From assembly GCA_963841755.1 (NCBI GenBank), contig CAWJDX010000011.1, positions 412,604 to 476,603 of the forward strand: a DNA stretch of 64,000 nt, written 5' to 3'. Shown piece by piece: positions 61,555 to 64,000 of this stretch. Source of the DNA: an uncultured Candidatus Rokubacteria bacterium (GTDB taxonomy: Bacteria; Methylomirabilota; Methylomirabilia; Rokubacteriales; CSP1-6). The first letter of the stretch is position 1; every line of letters starts with the position of its first letter. Under the pieces are notes generated by a model that saw only the letters and a list, made by a program, of their open reading frames with translations, did not search any database and was not told where the DNA came from. Made by a program: the position numbers and the translations under genes.

Positions 61555-62378
61555 TCGGAGCCTTGCGCGCCTCATCGGCCGCGGACCTCAGCTCCCCGCT
61601 CCGTCGCTCGAGGGCCGCGAGCGCTCGACGCATGGCGGCCACGCGTCGCTCCGCCGCCTGAGCCGCCCGCTCCGCCCGATCGGCCTGTTGCGCGAGAGAC
61701 CGCGCCGCGCGTGTCGCCCGCTGCTCCTCGCGTGCGGCCAGCCGCGCGGCGCGCGCCTGCTCGCGGGCGAGGCGGCGAGTCTCTCCCGGGTCGCTCGCGG
61801 GAGCGGGCCTGGCGGGAGCGGGCTTGGCGGAGAGGCTTGGCCGGACCGGCGGAGTGCTTCTTCCGCGGCCGGTCGAGAAGGAACCCGGCCGGAACCGGAC
61901 CTCCCGAGAGGACCGCGAATCCCGGCTCGGCGTGCTCGTCAGCCAGGCGAGCGGCCTCGAGATCGGCGCGCAGACCTCGATCGGTGACCGCGGCCAGCAG
62001 CGTGCTCCGGATTCGCCGGTCGAGCGCGGCCGACACCGCCGCGCCGGCCTCCCGCAGCGCCTGACTCGCGCCGCGCACGAGCGGCTCGAACGCGCTCCGA
62101 TACCGCTCCATGGCCGCGCGGAGATCGCCCCCGCCCAGCTGGGCGCGACGGAGCCGGTCGACCGCGTCGACGAGCGCGCCGAGCTCCCGCGGCCGGGCGG
62201 CCGCGGCGCGGTTGAGCGCCCAGGCGACCGGGCTCGGGCGTCGGAGCCGCGCGACCTGCCGCGCCTCGGCGGCCTTCCCGTCCTTCGCGAGCTGCGCGGC
62301 GAGCGCATTCCGCGCGCCGACGAAGTCGCGCGGCGGCACCGCGCGTAGCGCGTCGGCCGGGCTCGCCTTCGGCTTCAT
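61496..62378 (-). CDS. Hypothetical Ala/Arg-rich protein with a C-terminal coiled coil. The frame is broken near 61815.
   Basis: The N-terminal part is ORF 61572..62411 from MKPKASPADALRAVPPRDFVGARNALAAQLAKDG.... The C-terminal part is the end of ORF 61496..62308 (...RLAREQARAARLAAREEQRATRAARSLAQQADRAERAAQAAERRVAAMRRALAALERR...). The ATG overlaps the GNAT stop (ATGA). Confidence 0.5.
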
Positions 62379-62961
62379 CGCGGTCGCGAGTCCTCGGCGA
62401 GCAATGCCCATCGCTCGTGGTCCGCCCAGCGCCCCGCGATCTCGAGATACCGCGGCGAGTACCCTTCCCGGCGGAATCCGGCGTGCCGGACCAGGGTGAG
62501 CGAGGCTCGATTCACCGGCAAGATGTTGGCCTCGACCCGATGCAGGCCCAGGGTCCGGAAGGCGTGGCGGAGCGCGAGCTGCAGAGCTTCCGTCATGTAG
62601 CCTCGCCTCGCGTGAGCGGCCCCGATCCAGTAGCCCAGGTAGGCGCTCTGGGCGGGGCCGCGAACGATCTCGTTCAGGTTGATGGCGCCGACGATGGCCC
62701 CGTCATCGAGGCGGCAGATCAGGAGCTTCTCGTGTCGGCCGCCCCGCGCCGACGCCACCCAGTCGGCGAACCGCGGGCCGCGGAGCGCGTGGCGATCGGA
62801 CGCGGCTCCCAGCGCCTGAGGAACCGGGCGCTGTCTCGCCGGAGGGCGAGATACTCGTCCCGATCACGCGCGGCCGGCTTCCTCAGGAAGACTCGCTCGC
62901 CAACCAGCGATCCGCATTGGCCGTCGGGGCATGTGGCGCGCCGCCGCGCTACCGCGATCAC
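62375..62961 (-). CDS. GNAT-family N-acetyltransferase (RimJ/RimL-like). The frame is broken near 62790.
   Basis: The N-terminus is ORF 62719..62961 (...LVGERVFLRKPAARDRDEYLALRRDSARFLRRWEP...). The C-terminus is ORF 62375..62758 (...HEKLLICRLDDGAIVGAINLNEI...GYWIGAAHARRGYMTEAL...). Confidence 0.65.
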
Positions 62962-63341
62962 GGGGCGGCGCCGGCGATGAGCGGTCCGCGAGAGGTTTGG
63001 CGACGATCATCACCGCGAGAGCTCGGCGTCCTGATGCGTAGGCATCTCAGAGCTTGCTCAAGACGTGGCAGCGGGCTTGCAGGAAGGCTGACGAGGTGGG
63101 CCGCGATGCCTGCCGGGCCTGGGCGCTCGGATCGTTGTGCATGGCCCCGAGGTGGAGTTGACGGGCACAATCGGACAAATGATTTCCCGGATGATCGGTT
63201 TGCCAAACCCCCAGCTTTCGTGGGCGGCCCGTGGATAAGTCGGTGGGCTCGTGCCGCTCCGGCTCGCGATTTCGCGCACTAAGAGCAAGTCGCCTTGTTT
63301 CTGTGCAATCCCGCTGAACCGCGATTCGCGATCGCGGCCGG

Positions 63342-64000
63342 CTACTTGACGATCGCTTCGTGCAGCGGCATCCACTGGTCGCCGCGCGGAGTCCACGTCA
63401 GGCGCTCGCGGCTCGCGTAGATGTCGACCTGCTGCATCAGGAACACCCACGTGGCGTCCTCGACCATCGCGCGGGCCAGGTCCGCGTAGATCTTCTTCCG
63501 CTTCGCCGGGTCCATGGTGGTGCGGCCCGCGTCGAAGAGCGCGTCCACCTTCTCGTTCTTGTAGTAGAGGCCGCGGCCCTTCGACGAGACCAGGTTGTAC
63601 AGCTCGTCGCCGTCCTGCATGGGGCCGCCCAGGCCGAGGAGGTAGGCGTCCTGGAACTGCTTGCCGAGATAGCGCTTGAAGTAGGCGCCCCACTCGGCCA
63701 CCTGCACGCGCGGCTTGAAGCCGGCCTTCTGCCACTGGCCGCCGAGCGCCTCCGCGATCTCCTTGTCGCCCTGATAGCGCCCCGCCGGCGCCTCGAGCGT
63801 GATCTCGAGGCCGTCCGGATACCCGGCCTCGGCCAGCAGGCGGCGGGCCCGGGCCGGGTCCGGAGCGTAGCCCTTCACCGACGGATCGAAGCCGAACATG
63901 TGCGCGGTGAACGGGCCGTCCATCCGGCGGGCGTTGCCGTCGAGCACGCTCTTGACGAGCGCGTCCGCGTCGGTCGCGTAGTTGAGGGCCTGGCGCACCC
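63342..64000 (-). CDS. ABC transporter substrate-binding protein family 5 (peptide/nickel type), C-terminal 218 aa. The gene continues beyond the right edge.
   Basis: ORF 63342..63998 (...YLLGLGGPMQDGDELYNLVSSKGRGLYYKNEKVDALF...). Confidence 0.75.
   Translation of the reverse strand, partial: VRQALNYATDADALVKSVLDGNARRMDGPFTAHMFGFDPSVKGYAPDPARARRLLAEAGYPDGLEITLEAPAGRYQGDKEIAEALGGQWQKAGFKPRVQVAEWGAYFKRYLGKQFQDAYLLGLGGPMQDGDELYNLVSSKGRGLYYKNEKVDALFDAGRTTMDPAKRKKIYADLARAMVEDATWVFLMQQVDIYASRERLTWTPRGDQWMPLHEAIVK

Overview
This is a high-GC (roughly 70%) bacterial chromosomal segment. Almost all genes lie on the minus strand in tightly packed operons, and adjacent genes often share GTGA or ATGA stop/start overlaps.

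Layout from left to right:
- 1..28.4 kb, housekeeping core: lysS (partial) and prfB with its programmed +1 frameshift site; lnt; a metallophosphoesterase; the riboflavin operon nusB-ribH-ribBA-ribE-ribD; ftsY-rodZ-smc; secA; recN-nadK-tlyA; a rhomboid protease followed by two M16 peptidases; a plus-strand secreted protein built from about 38 tandem 24-bp repeats behind a sigma-54-like promoter; phnE-phnC with a HIT-family gene; a small zinc-ribbon ORF; a SAM-dependent methyltransferase.
- 28.6..39.8 kb, an ~11.1-kb accessory island. It is bounded by an 18-bp direct repeat whose right copy is the 3' end of a tRNA-Ala(CGC) gene. Parts of it (cupin, SnoaL-like and second PEP-CTERM genes) read as lower in GC by eye. 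It carries a cupin, an orphan receiver, a cardiolipin-synthase/PLD, two PEP-CTERM proteins, a SnoaL-like protein, three paralogous LigD-like ligase nucleotidyltransferase (NTase) copies in different states of decay, and two tandem PF04392 Tat-signal substrate-binding proteins. No integrase is present.
- 39.9..64 kb: nfeD-stomatin; agmatinase; sufS-sufU directly joined to a Moco-maturation set (MoeA-like, xdhC, coxE/VWA, coxD/MoxR, mocA-like) and a form-II CODH-like coxS-coxL-coxM; larB-larC-larE without larA; a PfkB kinase; MTA phosphorylase; an MtaB-like methylthiotransferase; rlmN; small zinc-finger ORFs; a coiled-coil protein; a GNAT acetyltransferase; a partial family-5 substrate-binding protein.

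At least 16 conserved genes have their frames broken by what look like single-base indels. Sequence error versus genuine decay cannot be decided from sequence alone. The only certainly programmed frameshift is in prfB.

The most novel-looking items are the tRNA-Ala island with its ligase-domain paralog series, the tandem octapeptide-repeat secreted protein, and the dedicated SufS/SufU-XdhC Moco-sulfuration module next to the CODH-like enzyme.
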